Origin: Vicugna vicugna
Lineage: Eukaryota
Direction of reading: 5' to 3'
Length of the DNA stretch: 64,000 nucleotides
Assembly: GCA_013265495.1 (NCBI GenBank)
Contig: MU062317.1
Coordinates: 558,001-622,000, forward strand
Numbering within the stretch: position 1 is the stretch's first letter; each line of letters begins with the position of its first letter. The notes below the pieces were generated by a model. That model was not told where the DNA came from and did no database searches. It worked only from the letters and a program-made list of their open reading frames with translations. This document shows, in pieces, positions 11,501 through 23,920 of the stretch. The position numbers and the translations under genes were made by a program.

Positions 11501-14500
11501 GACAGACGTGTGCCTGTCACCCCGGGTTTGAGTCCCTGGGTTCTGATCTCCGAGGGCTCTGCCCGGGGAGGGTCAGCCAGGCACGCCCGTCCTCTGGTGC
11601 GCTGTCGGCCTGACCCCCAGTGCCCCTGTGCTCCCCGGGGAATACCGACACCAGACTTTGAAAAAACAGAGTATGAAACTTCAAACTCCCTGATCTTTCC
11701 TCGCAGGCATGTCTGGGCTTGGGCACAACCTCACCCAGAGGTAAGTGCCTGACATGCCGTCTGGGCTCCGGCTTGGAGATAACCCATCCCACACGGAGCA
11801 AGACCTCCATCCCGCTGGTGTTTCCCACAGTATCTCCAGGAGTCTGTGATTAAACGGATGGAAATGCCAACAAGATTCGACTTGTGCTTAGGGGGGAAGT
11901 CTCCCTCTCCTCCTGAAAGTATGCACATACAGTCTCTCCTCTCACCGGGACCTTGCCCAATCCCCGCCAGGGCCACGTGGAACTTTCCACACCTCGCACC
12001 GGAGCAACGTGCCCCGAGCCGCCCTGGCTGCCGCAGGAGGCATGTGTCTGCAGGACCCGAGGCCGGAGCAGCCCTGCCGCCAACCTCCACCTGCAGATCG
12101 CATTGCTGAGACAGGGAGGGCGAGGCCTGGACCCGAGAGCATCCACAGGGCCCCGCAGGGGTCTCGGGGCTGCGCCCTCCCAGGCTCTGCAGAGCTGCCC
12201 GAGAACAGGCAGGTGACCCAGGGATGGGAAACGAGCCCAGTCCGGACCCCACCTCCCAGGGCGCTGAGAGCCCGGAAGGAAGGTGGGGCGCTCTGGGACT
12301 GACCACGACCATGGACAGGGCAGGGCTCCTCAGGTGCAGTGGAGGTGCTGGCCGCCACTTCCCTGAGCACTGCTGCCTGCAGCCCCAGAGCCTGGCCACC
12401 CTGTCACCAGGACATCCCTATCCATCCATCCCTCTGTCCATCTGTCTGTCCATCCTGCAGGTGCTACGCAGGCCCTGTCTGCACAGACCTCCTGCAGGGC
12501 GCTGAGGCACCGAGGGGCCGTCAACAGGGTGGCCCCCTCCCCAGTGGGGGAGAATCACTTGTGACCAGAGCAGTGAAGGGGCAGGGAGGGTGTGGTGGGA
12601 AGGCCAAAGAGGGAAGAGAGCTGCTCAGAGCCTTGCGGGGAGCGCAGTCCAGATGGAGGGGAGGGCCCCAGGGCCCCAGAGCTGAAGAAGCACCTGCACT
12701 AAGTTAACTCAGCGAGGCCCGCAGGCCCGCCCCAGATCCCCACTCCAGCTCTGAGCCCGGGACCAGCTCCCTGGCTGGGGAGGGCAGCTCAGCCCTTCGA
12801 CACATGTCCATCGGGGCTCCCGTGCCCTCGGGAGCTTAACTCGCAGGAGATGACAGCAAGCCAACCAACCAACCACGGAGCAGGGAGCGAGGGCAGGGAG
12901 CACACAGGGGCTCGGGGCTTCAAAACGGGCTGAAAACAAAGAAAAAAAACAAAAGCAGGCCGGCACCAGGAACGGAGGAGGGAGGGGCGGGGGAGGGGCG
13001 GGGGTGCCGAGACCCCGGGATTCTCAAGGCCGGAGGAGAGAGATGCCACTGGCTGCAGGTTCTGGGCGGGGCCGAGGGGAGGTCCAGACCCAAACCAGGG
13101 GCAGAGGGCCTGCGGGCAGAACACCAGGCTTCAGGGCCAAGTGCAGGACCCGGGGCAGAGGTGAAGCACCCTCTCCATGGGAGCCCGCGGGGACTGAGCG
13201 GAGAAGGGACTGGGGCGTGTGGGAGAGCGCGGGGCTGGAGCGGTGGAGTCCGAAGGTCAAGCCAAGGGAACGGGCTCCTAATAAGCGGGGTGCTGGGTGT
13301 TGCAGGAAGGGGCTGGGGTGGCTCCAGCTGAGCGAAGGGAGGGTGTGTTTTTCCACCAGCTGAGATGGGACAGGCACCGTGGCGGTGGCGTGAGAGCTGC
13401 TGCGGGGACAGACTAGAACCTGGTGGAGGGTCAGGAGCCTGAGCGGGGTGGCCTGGCTGATGGGCTGACCTCTCTGTCCCCCTGAATCAGGCTCCGGTAT
13501 CTCCTTCCCGACAACCAGTCCCTCCCGCACCCCGAGAGCAGCACCGGTGGGGAGTGCGCCTTGTGGCTGCTGCCCCAGCCCCAGCCCCCACTCTCAGTCC
13601 AGCTCTGTCCTCTCCCAGCCACAGACACGCCTCCCGCGGGGTCCACAGAGGCAGGATCCTCTTCCATCCTCGCTGCCCCCCACCCTGCTCTCAGCAGCAT
13701 GCCCCCCACCAGCACACCCTTTCCTGGATTCCCAGGCCCTCTGGTCTCCTTGGCGGACGCCCCAGCGGTCACCTCCACCCACATTCTGGCACGCGGGACA
13801 CCTGCCCCAAAGTGCCCAAGCGGTGCTCCAGCCAACGTGGCCCAGACTCCAACCGCCCTCCCAACTGCGAGGCTCGGAACCCTGGACACTGTCCTCCACT
13901 CCTCTCCTGCCCTTATTCTGAAGGTCATCTCCGAACTTCCCCCTCATCTGACCACCTCCCACCACCTCCCAGATGCTCCCAGCCTGACCTCAGCCCCACT
14001 GGACGTCCCCTCCTTCCCTCCCTCCCGTGGCTTCCGCAATTCCCCCTCCTCCACCCCTCCCCCTCCCCACCTGGCTGCTCCCCTCCTCACCTGAGGAGCC
14101 TCTCGCACACTAGACCATCACAGAAGAACGCTTACCTTTCACCCCGAATCCCCCTCTGAAGTTTCCCATCGGAATAAATGCTGACTCCCTTTCCCCGGTC
14201 ACTCAGGTCCAAGCCTCAGCTCAGCAGCAGATCCCAACCAGAACCCCAGTGCCCATTCCCACTGGTCCCAGGGCCTGCACCCTGCTCCACCCCAGCCTCC
14301 CGCCAGCTCCCGGCCTCGCCCTGCCCCCAGGTGGCCTGCTCGCAGCACTGCAGGACCGACTGCTCCAGGAGCTCAGGAGGGACCCCGCCCTCCTCCCTCC
14401 CTGTGCCTCGTATGCAGCAGGTGCTCAGCAAGTATTTCCTGACACATGATTGGCTGCTCCTGCCCGGAGGCCACCCCTCATGTCTGTAGGAACGGGTGCA

Positions 14501-17150
14501 GCCCTGCTCCAGCACACAGCACACAGGGACAGTGGCAGGGGCCAGGCCCCGTCACCCGTGATCCAACCTGCGAGGGCCTTGCAGCCCAGACGGACCTGGG
14601 CCGCCAGCGCAGGCAGGCACGGGGGCGGGGGGAGCCAGGGGCGTCCGAACATGCCCTTCTCCTGTCTTGAGACTGTAAAGTCGATACTCAGTGAAACATC
14701 GAGCCTGGGAGGAGCCTAGGTGGGGTCCCTGACACCCACCCGAAAGAGCAGAGGACAGGAAAAGTTGGAGAGTCCGGGCGGTCCCAGCGCTCGTCCCTTC
14801 TGAGAAGGGTCCCCCAGGGCAGGCCCTCGGTTCCATCCTGCTCCGTGAGCAGCTGGTGCTCGTAGGTGGGAGAAGCTGCTTGGACCCAGCACCAAGCCCG
14901 CCCCAGCACCAGCTGAAGGGGCCCAGGAGCTGGGAGCCGCAGAGTCGGCGCAGGCGATGGCCCAGCCCTGACCGGGAACCGCGGGAACCGCGGAGAGAGA
15001 GCGTCAGACCCGAGGCCGGTGCGGGAGGCGGCCTCCTGCTCACACCAGAACCGGGGCTCAGGAAGGTGGGTCTCCCAGGAAACCCAGCGGGGCCCCCGAC
15101 AGCAGCCCGCAGCTCTGCGTTGCCCTCCTGGCCCAGCGGGCCCCAGACAACCGCAGAGGCGCCGCATGATCTCAGTTCATCCTGTTTGTTCAGACCACTT
15201 CCTCTCTCCTCTCGTGACATCTGCACGCTGTGGCGACGTTACAAGTACGCTCCCTCTGGAACAGAAACGGAGGCGCTTGCACAGTCAGCAAGACCCCGCC
15301 CAGCCCACCAGGCCGGGGAAGAGGCTCCACCGCCAGCAGGCTGCTCTAGACACCTGCTGATGGAGCCAACGGACGAACTGGCCAGGTTATCCGCGGTGCA
15401 CAGGGAAGCCGGGTGCTGATGGGGCTGGCCACTGCTGGTCCCAGGGCAGGGCGGCCGCAGCAGGGTGCATGCCAGCGGCTCCTTGCGCCCACGGCTCCTG
15501 CAGGCAGGCGATGCCCCATGGCCCGGAGCAGGGGGCCTGTGCCCCCAGTCACCGCTCCCTCCCCACTCACCGAAAGGCGACTCACTGTCACACCCACTTC
15601 ACTGAAGAGAAGCTTGTACCAGAGTCCTCTGTGTCCCCAGGGCTTCCCCTCCAGGGCCCAGGCTTGTGGCTCTGCCTTGGGTTCCATGTGTGACAACAGA
15701 CACCCAGGTGGCGGGGGACAGCCCCTCCGCCTCCACACACGGAGCCCCTGGCCTGCAGGTGAGCCTGGTGACAGGCAGTGGTGGGTAAATGGATCAGTAA
15801 AGGAGAAGTGACAGGGGGGAGAGACGGGACTCCAGCTGCAGTCCACACCCGGCTGCACGCTTTCCCAGGGCTGGGTTTCAGATAAAAAGGTCACGCCCGG
15901 GGTGTGGAGATGCCGGGAGATTCCAGAGTGCACGAAGCCAGCGCCCGGGTTGGGCCGTGAAGAAGGGTCATCACACCCCTCACCTCCCCTGGGCCACACA
16001 CACACTGTCACTCTTCCTATGGCCTTGCCTGGGGACACACACCTGAGGCACAAGCACACGTACCTGTCCTGACACACAGAGCGCACAACAGCACGTGCAC
16101 ACACACAGCGCCACCCACACATTCAGATGCACTCACACAGACACACTCGAGTGTGCTCACGCCCAAACACACCCGTGCACGCACACTGCAGAGAGCCCGC
16201 AGGTGTGCGGCACGGCACACACGGCTCCTGTCTGCTGCCTGCAGAGCTTGGGGACATCTGAACTCTGTCCAACTGTCCATCCCCTCCCTCCGCCCGCCGC
16301 TGAGTCTTCAGCAGGGCACGAGGTACCGACAGCACCCTCTCCATCCGCCTCCCTGGCAGGGAAAAGGCCCCACGTGGAGCAGCTGCGTGCGCCCCACCTG
16401 ACCTGCTCAATTAGCAGCCTGGTGCCCGCCTGGCCCTGGGGACCCAGCACGTCTGGAAATGAGTCCAGGTCCCCAGCGCTCAAGCCACAGGGCCAGGCAC
16501 AAGCTGCAGCCCCTTCCTTCCCTCCGTCTGGCCGGCTGCCCACGTGAGGGGCAACAAGACGCCCCGAGGCCAGCCTGCGGCGAGCCCTGGACCTGGAGCT
16601 CAGACCCACACAGAGCCAGCACTCGGCCAGTGCGGAGCGCTCCTGCCACCGCGGCCAAACGAGCAGGCTCCCAGGTGAGGGTGCGCTTGTCCTGGGAGCA
16701 GGTGGCGGCAGCCTCCCAGCCAACCCGAACCCTGGGAGTAAATATGACCCCCCGGGCAGGCTGAGATCCTACAGCCGGGGGCAGGGTGCGGCAGGCGGGC
16801 AGCCGGGCCGCGGAACCTCCCAGCCCCGCCTCAAGGCAGGGCCACCAGCTGACGGGACCCCACCCACCCTCCTCTCCCGGGCTGTCGCTCCTGCCCAGCC
16901 AGCAGGCGCTGGTCCCCAGAGCTCCAGGATGGGCAGACACCTGCCCGCCTCTGTGCCCAGGACCCGCCCCAGCCCCTCGGCGCCTCTCTCACCTGCCACT
17001 GCTCACCCCAGCTGGCAGCGGGTGCCCGACCCCAGGGGACAGACAAGAGAATGCCCCCTGAAACCTCGACCACAGCGAAAGCCCCAGCAAGCCCCCGAGA
17101 GGGATGGAGACAGATCCCCCATGGGCGGAAGGACACACAAGCGCACCTAC

Positions 17151-17189
17151 CGAGGCGAAGCGCTGCACGGGGTCACTGACGTACAGCAT
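17151..17189 (-). CDS. TP73: TP73 exon 3' coding part (DeltaNp73-specific N-terminus MLYVSDPVQRFAS)
   Basis: 13 codons starting cccaccATG and ending at donor GTAGGT (17145-17150), phase 0 into exon 4; resembles the known DeltaNp73 start MLYVGDPARHLAT. Confidence 0.95.
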
Positions 17190-17520
17190 GGTGGGCAGGC
17201 AGGGGTCCGCACACGCCGGGGAGCTGGCGTGCCGCGGGGCGAGGCATGGGTGTGGGTGGCCTGGGGGCCAGGGGCAGGGGTGCGGCTGCCCAGCAGGGTG
17301 GACCCAGGCAGAGAGTCTCCGTGGCTACAGGGGCAGGAGCGAAGGATGCTCGGGAACATGTGGGCTGGCCGCGGGCATCCTTGCTTTCCCCATCTCCCTT
17401 AGTCCTGTCAACTAGCTGCATCTAACAACAAAACCGGCGGCCCACCCCTTTATTCCTCATGACTATTCACCAAAGTCCAGGGCAGGCCTCAGCTTGCCCA
17501 CTGATGTGCTGGACCGCACC
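17190..17520 (-). promoter_or_regulatory. TP73: DeltaNp73 (P2) promoter and exon 3' 5'UTR
   Basis: Directly upstream of the DeltaN ATG; contains a TATA-like GAATAAAG (AATAAA at 17449-17454, - strand) and a p53-family element just upstream. Confidence 0.8.
17480..17499 (-). promoter_or_regulatory. p53/p73 response element of the DeltaNp73 promoter (GGGCAAGCTG AGGCCTGCCC)
   Basis: Two adjacent RRRCWWGYYY-like half-sites (one mismatch each, no spacer) about 25 nt upstream of the TATA-like box; fits the known p53/TAp73 -> DeltaNp73 feedback site. Confidence 0.8.
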
Positions 17521-18859
17521 AAGGAGGCTGCCTGGGGAGGGGGCGGCACGCGGGGCTGCTGGCCGGCTCTGTAATGAAGCTGCACCGGGGTCCTTCTGAG
17601 ATGCTGCCCCCGGGAGGCCCTGGGGGGTCTCAGGCCTCCACCCCTGAGCACGATGGGGCCAGCCTGGACCCTCGAGACCTTGGGAGGCAAGGCCAGGCCA
17701 CCCCAAAGGAAAGAGATGGTGCCACGGCCCCAGGGCACAGGGCGGAGCGAATCTCAGTCCTGCCCATAGAAGGTGGTGGTCTACCGGGGCCACCCCAAAG
17801 GGCTGAGCAGAGAAGAGAGGCCCTCGGGGAGACTGTGCCCCGTGGGACCCCACAGGGAGCCTGGCAACGGAGTGAGCAGCTGGGCATGGCCCACAGCAGC
17901 CCAGAGACCACGCCCCAGACTCCGCCCAGGCCGCCGCCAGACTTATCTCTGCTGCTGCCAAGCCACCAGAAAGCGGGATGCGGCCCAGAAGGAGGACCGC
18001 TGGGACCCCGTCCACCACATGCCAGGGGCACCGCGACAGGGGCCCGCCTCGCCGTGGTCACCGCCTCTCCCTCTCCAGAGGAACCGTCCATTCTCACTTA
18101 ACCATCTTCGGCCCAAAGCTGTGCTGGCTAGGAGCCGAGTCCGCCCTGGAAGCAGGCACGGCGACCCACACGTGACAGTGGGTGTGAGTCCCTAAGCCCC
18201 GAAGCACGGCTGCTTCTGCGGCCAAAACTCGCGAGGTGCTGGGAAGACCCTTGTCCCCCGGCCTGTTCTCACCGCGTCCAGAGAGCTGGGAGCAGACGGT
18301 TAGGCGGGGGCGGGGGGCCTGGCCCGCGGTCCAGCCGAGGAGCCCGCCGACGCGTCCGGGCCCCCAGCGCCTCCGGCTGAGGGAAGGGAGAGCCCAGGAA
18401 GGGCCGTGTGCCCGAGGGCGGGGCCGGAGCCCCCCCTCAGGCTCTGGCGGGCCTCAGCAGAACTGGCCTGGACCCTCATGACTCCGTGTGGCACCGTCAG
18501 CACCCACGCACAGGTGTCCCTCACTCACAGTGAGACAATCGAGGGAAAGAGAGGTTTGTGGGCAGAATGAGGTTCAGTCCAGGGGGCCGCAGCAAGGCCC
18601 AGGTGGGACATGCTGGCCGGGGGCAGCAGCCGAGAGCATTCCTTGCTCAGGGTGCCCACCGGCCGGAGGGCGGGAGCATCCCACGCTGCCCGGGGAGGGG
18701 GGCTTGTCCATCAGTGAGGTTCTGTGGACGCTGCTACAGCCGCTCCAGAGGGCTGGGTGCAGGGGAGGCTCGTGGCCTGGGCAGGCAGCTGGACGGCGGG
18801 ACGAGCCAGGTCGGAGAGGAGACAGAGGGCCTGGCGTCGAGCCCCCACCCCCACCGCGG

Positions 18860-19250
18860 AGCACTGGGCAAAATTTGAGCTGATCAAAAGGGAAGTTACT
18901 TGAGTGGGCCTGACCTAATCAGGTGAGCCCTTCCACGCGGTCAGGGAGGACGTCCCCCTGACGGCCTCAGGAGCAAACTGCCAGGCTGGGAGGGGCCACG
19001 TGGCAGGGGGTGGCAGGCGGCCTCTAGGAGCTCAGAACAGTGGCCCTCAGTCAACAGCCTGCAAGGAACTGATTTCTGCCAACAACCAGAGCCTGGAAGA
19101 GGTCCCGGGCCTCAGAGAAGAGAGGAGTCCTGAGCAGGGGCCCCATGGGGACATGCAGGACTCCAGACCCACAGAAACTATGAGATAATAAACAGACGTT
19201 GGTTTAAGCCCCTGCAATGGTAGTGATCACACAGCACAGCTGACTCAGAC
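18860..19250 (+). mobile_element. MLT1-type (ERVL-MaLR) solo LTR
   Basis: Motifs cctgacctaatcaggtgagcc, ctctaggagct, cccacagaaactatgagataataaa...tttaagcc. Confidence 0.7.
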
Positions 19251-21184
19251 ACCAGGAGTGTGAGCAGTCAGGCAGAGAGCCGGGGCAGAGGAGGCCAGGG
19301 CTCCGAGGGGCTCCGGCCTGCAGGGCACAAGCCGGGGCCCAGGACCGCAGGCTGCCCAGAGGGAGGCAGGGTCAAGCTGGGAAGGCCTCCTCTCTCGAGC
19401 CCTACTGGAGGCACTGAAGGCAGAGAGTTCAGGGCAGAGGGACCCCACCCCACCCACATAGCCAAGGAGGACAGAATCGTCCCTGTCCTCAGAGCACAAG
19501 CCTGGGCCACACTGGGATTCTCAGCACGAATACGAGCCTGTTTCCCGCTCTCAAAGTGCGGAGCTCTGGCATCTCCCCCAGAGCATCACCTACTTCCTGT
19601 GCATTTACCCAAAATCCTGGCCATCTAGGGGACAGGGACCAGGGAGCTGCCAGTCCTGGCCCCCAAGCTCAGCCCACCGGGTCCTCGGAATCTGCTCTTA
19701 TGAATTTAACTCACCAGGGACCCCCCACCCCGACCACTTCCGCAGGACTCAGGGCAGCGGGCAGGGTGGGACATTCTCCTGCACGGCGCACCTGCACAGG
19801 AAGGGGTGATTCACCAGAAGGGCACGGGCGACGGGCCAGCTCAGGGGCAAACTCCTCACAGCTCCTCCAGACCACGCACAGGCAGGTGGCTCTGTCCTGG
19901 CCCTGAGGAGGCGCTGGGCCCTGGCGGCTGGCTGGGCCCCAGCTCTGTGCACCCAGAGGGTCTTCCCACCCAAGCCCGGCTAAGGGAGGCCCTGAGCTCC
20001 AAGTCCACCCTTCCGCAGGGCTGAAGCCTCTCTGCGGCGGGAGGGGCTGTCCTTTCCCCTCATCTGCCCCCTGCCCCCTCCCGGAGCCTGGCTCAGTTTC
20101 CTGACAAGTCCTGCTCCAGGGAGTCTAGTACCAGGCTGTGCCCTCCGCTCTCCCAGGCCAGGAAGGCCTGTCTTGGGTGACCTCTGGGGTCTGCAGCTTC
20201 TAACTCTGGTGTCTGTCCTGCTGCCCAGCTCGCCACGGGCACCTGAGGAGGGGCCGTGGGGCTCCGCGGTGAATCAGCCCCACCTGCCACCCCTGCGGCT
20301 GCAGCCCCCAACCCCTCCATACGACCCACCTGCCCACAACAGCTGTCACCAGAGACAGGCGCCAGGAGAGGCGGGAAGAGGTGCAGGGAGGGAGGGGACA
20401 GTGTTGGGGAGCCAGGCCTGGCTCTCAGGCTCTTGGAAGATGGATGGGCAGGCCACACAGGCGCTGCAGGGGGGAGAGGGGAGGGGCGGGCAGGGGAGGA
20501 GAGCCGGCCAGCCTCAACTGGGCACCTGCCGGCCCTTCCCTCTGTCTCCCTTTGCCACACGCACTGCACTGTCACAGCCCGGAGGTGGCCCCTCCTAGAG
20601 CCCTGCCTCCTCTCATCCCAGGAATGCTGAGAATCGGACGGCCAGGACAGCCCAAAGCCAGCCGCTGCTCCGGATCCCACGAGCGCTCGCCCTGGGGGTC
20701 TTTAGCCTGTCCGTGCTCCTCTCAGATTGAGGGGCCCTCCAGGGCCAGGGAAGACCCCACTAGCTCCCCCTTGTCACAGCACCCGGCCCGGGCCCAGGGG
20801 TCACCTTCCTCCCTATGACCTCTGGGCAGCCCTCCTCGCAAGTCCACGGGAGGCCAGGGACCGATAGGCTTTTCCCCTCTCTCCTCTCCTAGTTTGTAGG
20901 TCCTTGTGTGTGGGTGACCGCCTGGGGTCTGCAGAGACGGCTAGAAGCGAAGGCCACCAACTAGGGCAACAGCTCCACCAAAGGGAGCCCGTGGTGGGCG
21001 GGGGGCCGGGCCCCCCTTGGCACTGGGCCTGGAGGTGGCTGCTCCCAGGCCCACCTTGGCTCCACTGTTCTGGCTCCCAGAGGGAACAGCTTTCTTAAAC
21101 TCAGAGCTTTGCCCCTGCCCTCAGCAGCATATCTGGCATTGGACCTGCACTCTTGTAGGCTGGGAATCACCTGTAGTCCTCAAA

Positions 21185-21262
21185 ATGCTGGATGACTTAG
21201 ATCCTCTCACTAGCCCATTTCACAGACAGGGAAACTACGGACCAGAAGGTCATATAACTCTC
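21185..21262 (+). mobile_element. MIR fragment
   Basis: cccatttcacagacagggaaact core. Confidence 0.5.
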
Positions 21263-22002
21263 TAAGCGCTGCCCAGCACAGAAAGGGCAGAAGTGGGATG
21301 TGAACTCTGAGCTCCCTCACCCTCTATGCCATCTCAACCACATGGTGCCCTGGACCCTGGTGGCAATGACCTCAGAGAGCTCACGTGCCCCCAAGAATCT
21401 GTGTTCTGGGACGCTACCAAGGCTGAGGGGCCAGCTGCTCCCATGGGGGCCCATCTCCTTTAACTGCCCAACAGTTTCCTCCACTGCCCAGCGAGGCAGG
21501 AGGCTGGCTCAACTCTGACCACTGGCCCTCCCCATGGGGCTGGCAGTGCCTCTGCTGGAGCCCCGCATAGCCTGTCACCCCAGCTTCACAAGCAAGGGCA
21601 CTGAGGTTCAGAAGTGTGGGGCACCAGAACCTGGGACAGACTGGCTCTTCAGGCGGGGCCCCGCCCACTCTGGCTGTCCTCACCAGCCACTGAAGCCGTG
21701 GCTAAGGGCAGCCCATGGGTCCCCAGTGGCCTGTCTTCTGGCTCCAGCCAGGGGCGCTGCTCGGAGAACCTGCAGGTCAGGCGGGAGAGTGCCTGCTAGG
21801 TCACCAGCGCATACGAGGGGGTGGACACCCAAGGCCCTCAGACCATGGCAGGTGCCACCCTGGAGGACTGGTGTCCCCTGACGCGAGGACTGTGCTTGCC
21901 TAAGCCCCACCCTTCCACTGGATGAGCCCCGCGATCCGGCGCCGGGGTGACCCGGAGTGCCTTTCGACAGAGGACAGCGGCCAGTGCAAGCCGCATGGGG
22001 CC

Positions 22003-22042
22003 CGTGTGTGTGCGCGCGCGCGTGTGTGTGCATGCGTGTGCA
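22003..22042. repeat. (TG)n(CG)5(TG)n alternating pyrimidine-purine tract
   Basis: 40 nt of uninterrupted YR alternation. Confidence 0.9.
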
Positions 22043-23689
22043 AGCCTTCACACCAGAGCCCTGGGTCACGACTACAGGGCTGGCAGGGAGTGAGAGCATT
22101 TGACTCTGCAGTCGTGGCTTTCTTGCCCGAGGCCTGGCCTACCAGGGCCCCAGCCTTTCCCTGGCCTGCTGGCATCACCAGGTCGACGCACTCAGCAGCA
22201 CAGGATCCACTGGGGCTGCGTTCTGGCCAGAGGGGCAGGTCCTCCCGGCTCCTGGACTGGACTTTAAAACAATACCGCCGGGTTCAGCACTGCGGGGCTC
22301 CCTGCCTGCACCCTGGGCTCCAGCCCCTGCCCCAGGCCCCTCTGCGAGGCAGCTAGGTGGGGAGTTCTGCAGCTGCTCGCTGCATCTCTGAGCCTCGCCT
22401 TTGCCTCTGGGCTGCGTGAGGGTGAGGGCCATGCTCCCTGCCGGGCTCTGTGCGGGGCCCCAGACCAGTCGCCACTCCCACGACGGGGCCAGACAGGGGT
22501 CAGGATGAGGCAGGTGGAGGGGACTTGGCTCCCCGCCCCCTCACCCTTCACCCTCCAAGGGCCAGGGTTGATCCAGGGCATCCCAGCCTCTGCGAACTGA
22601 GTTTTCTACACGTATCTCATGCAAGACTTTTACTAAGAGGCATGGCTCTGCCTGACAGAGCTGGCCCTCTTGTCTGCAGAGGTGGGAGGCCCCATCCTCG
22701 GTACCCCAAGGCTGGTGAGAGGGGTCCTCCCCCTAGCCGGAGGACACACTCAGCACCAGGCACCCTCCCCAGGTTGCGGGGGAGGGCATCCCACCCCAAA
22801 GGAACCTGGAACTGGGCCCTCTGCTCCAGAGAGCCTGCATTCTGGGGTCGTTCGTCCCTGGAGCCCCGACAGAGGGAGGTCGGGTGAGTACCGGATACCC
22901 TGCTTTTTGATTGTTAGTAACTGCCGAACATTAAGCTTTTAATGGCCGAGGCGTCCACTTCAAAGACTCCCAACTCCATCCAGCAAACACCTTGTCAGCG
23001 GCACAGCTCAGTAAAGAGCCTGCTGCCGCACCCGTCATGGTCCCCTTCCAGAAAGCCCCGGGTGCCCTAAACAGTGGGCCGCGGGGTGACCCCACTTCTC
23101 CTTTCCATGGCTTAATTTCACACTCATGTTTTATCACGAACAAAGTGCGAACCACCAACCCTCCGTACCCCTGCGCTGGCCCTGACAAAGGCAGAGCCCC
23201 AGGTGTCCCCTGCCCACTCTCTCCTGAGACCTCCCTGTGTGGCCGGGGGCATGCCTGCCCTGTGCCCTCCAGGACCTGCGGGTGACAACCTTCTTATCAA
23301 AGCGGCTAACGCAGAGTCCCGCCGTCAGAACAAGAACCGTGAGGGCCGGGCCAACCACAGCCTCGGCTGACGGGGAAGTGCCTGTGGGGGCTGCCCGCCC
23401 CCCCAAGGTAGCAGGACCCAGGTGGGGACCCGAGGCACTCCTAGCGAAGAGCTTCCCTGCTAATTTTTTTAAACAGGTGCCAGGATGTGTACTGTGGCGC
23501 TGTCACTGTGAGACAGCGGGAACAAAAGTGACCCAAAGCCCGGTGAATAAAAGAGCAGGACGACTTTGCATTCGGCCGTTCAAAGCGACCCGACACGGCG
23601 CCAGCACAGCTACGCTTGATACGCTTGGGAAAATAGGAGCCAGACTGGAAACTCCCCCCAGAGCCCCGGAGTCTGTACCAAAAAAGGTG

Positions 23690-23920
23690 TGAAGAAGACA
23701 TGCTAGATATTTTAGAACAACATGTAAAGTTAAGAGCTCAATGGATGGGTGCAACAGTGAATTAGGTAGACCAGAAGACAGCCTTAGCAGACAGGAAGCT
23801 AGGCCAGCTGAAATTACACCGGACCAAGCTAGAGAGGAAAACCATGATGCAACGTGTACGAAAGAGCGTAAGAGGTAACGCGACGTCGGGTGAGAAATTG
23901 TAGTCACATGCGTATCATTG
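23690..23920 (+). mobile_element. Degenerate L1 ORF1-region fragment
   Basis: ctcaatggatgggtgcaacagtgaattag...gaagacagccttag...ggaagctaggcc resembles the L1 ORF1 coiled-coil region. Confidence 0.5.

Noticed and set aside
9885-11531. 548-aa + strand ORF
   Set aside because: Pro/Ser/Gly/Ala-rich, no recognisable domain or promoter, antisense inside a TP73 intron; long ORFs arise by chance at this GC content.
14131-14180. Strong - strand donor AAG|GTAAGC with an upstream ATG as an extra TP73 first exon
   Set aside because: Phase 1 is incompatible with exon 4 and there is no good acceptor or promoter; isolated donors are common.
14649-14658. Perfect p53 half-sites (GAACATGCCC here, also near 2190 and 23247)
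   Set aside because: Single half-sites with no properly spaced partner.
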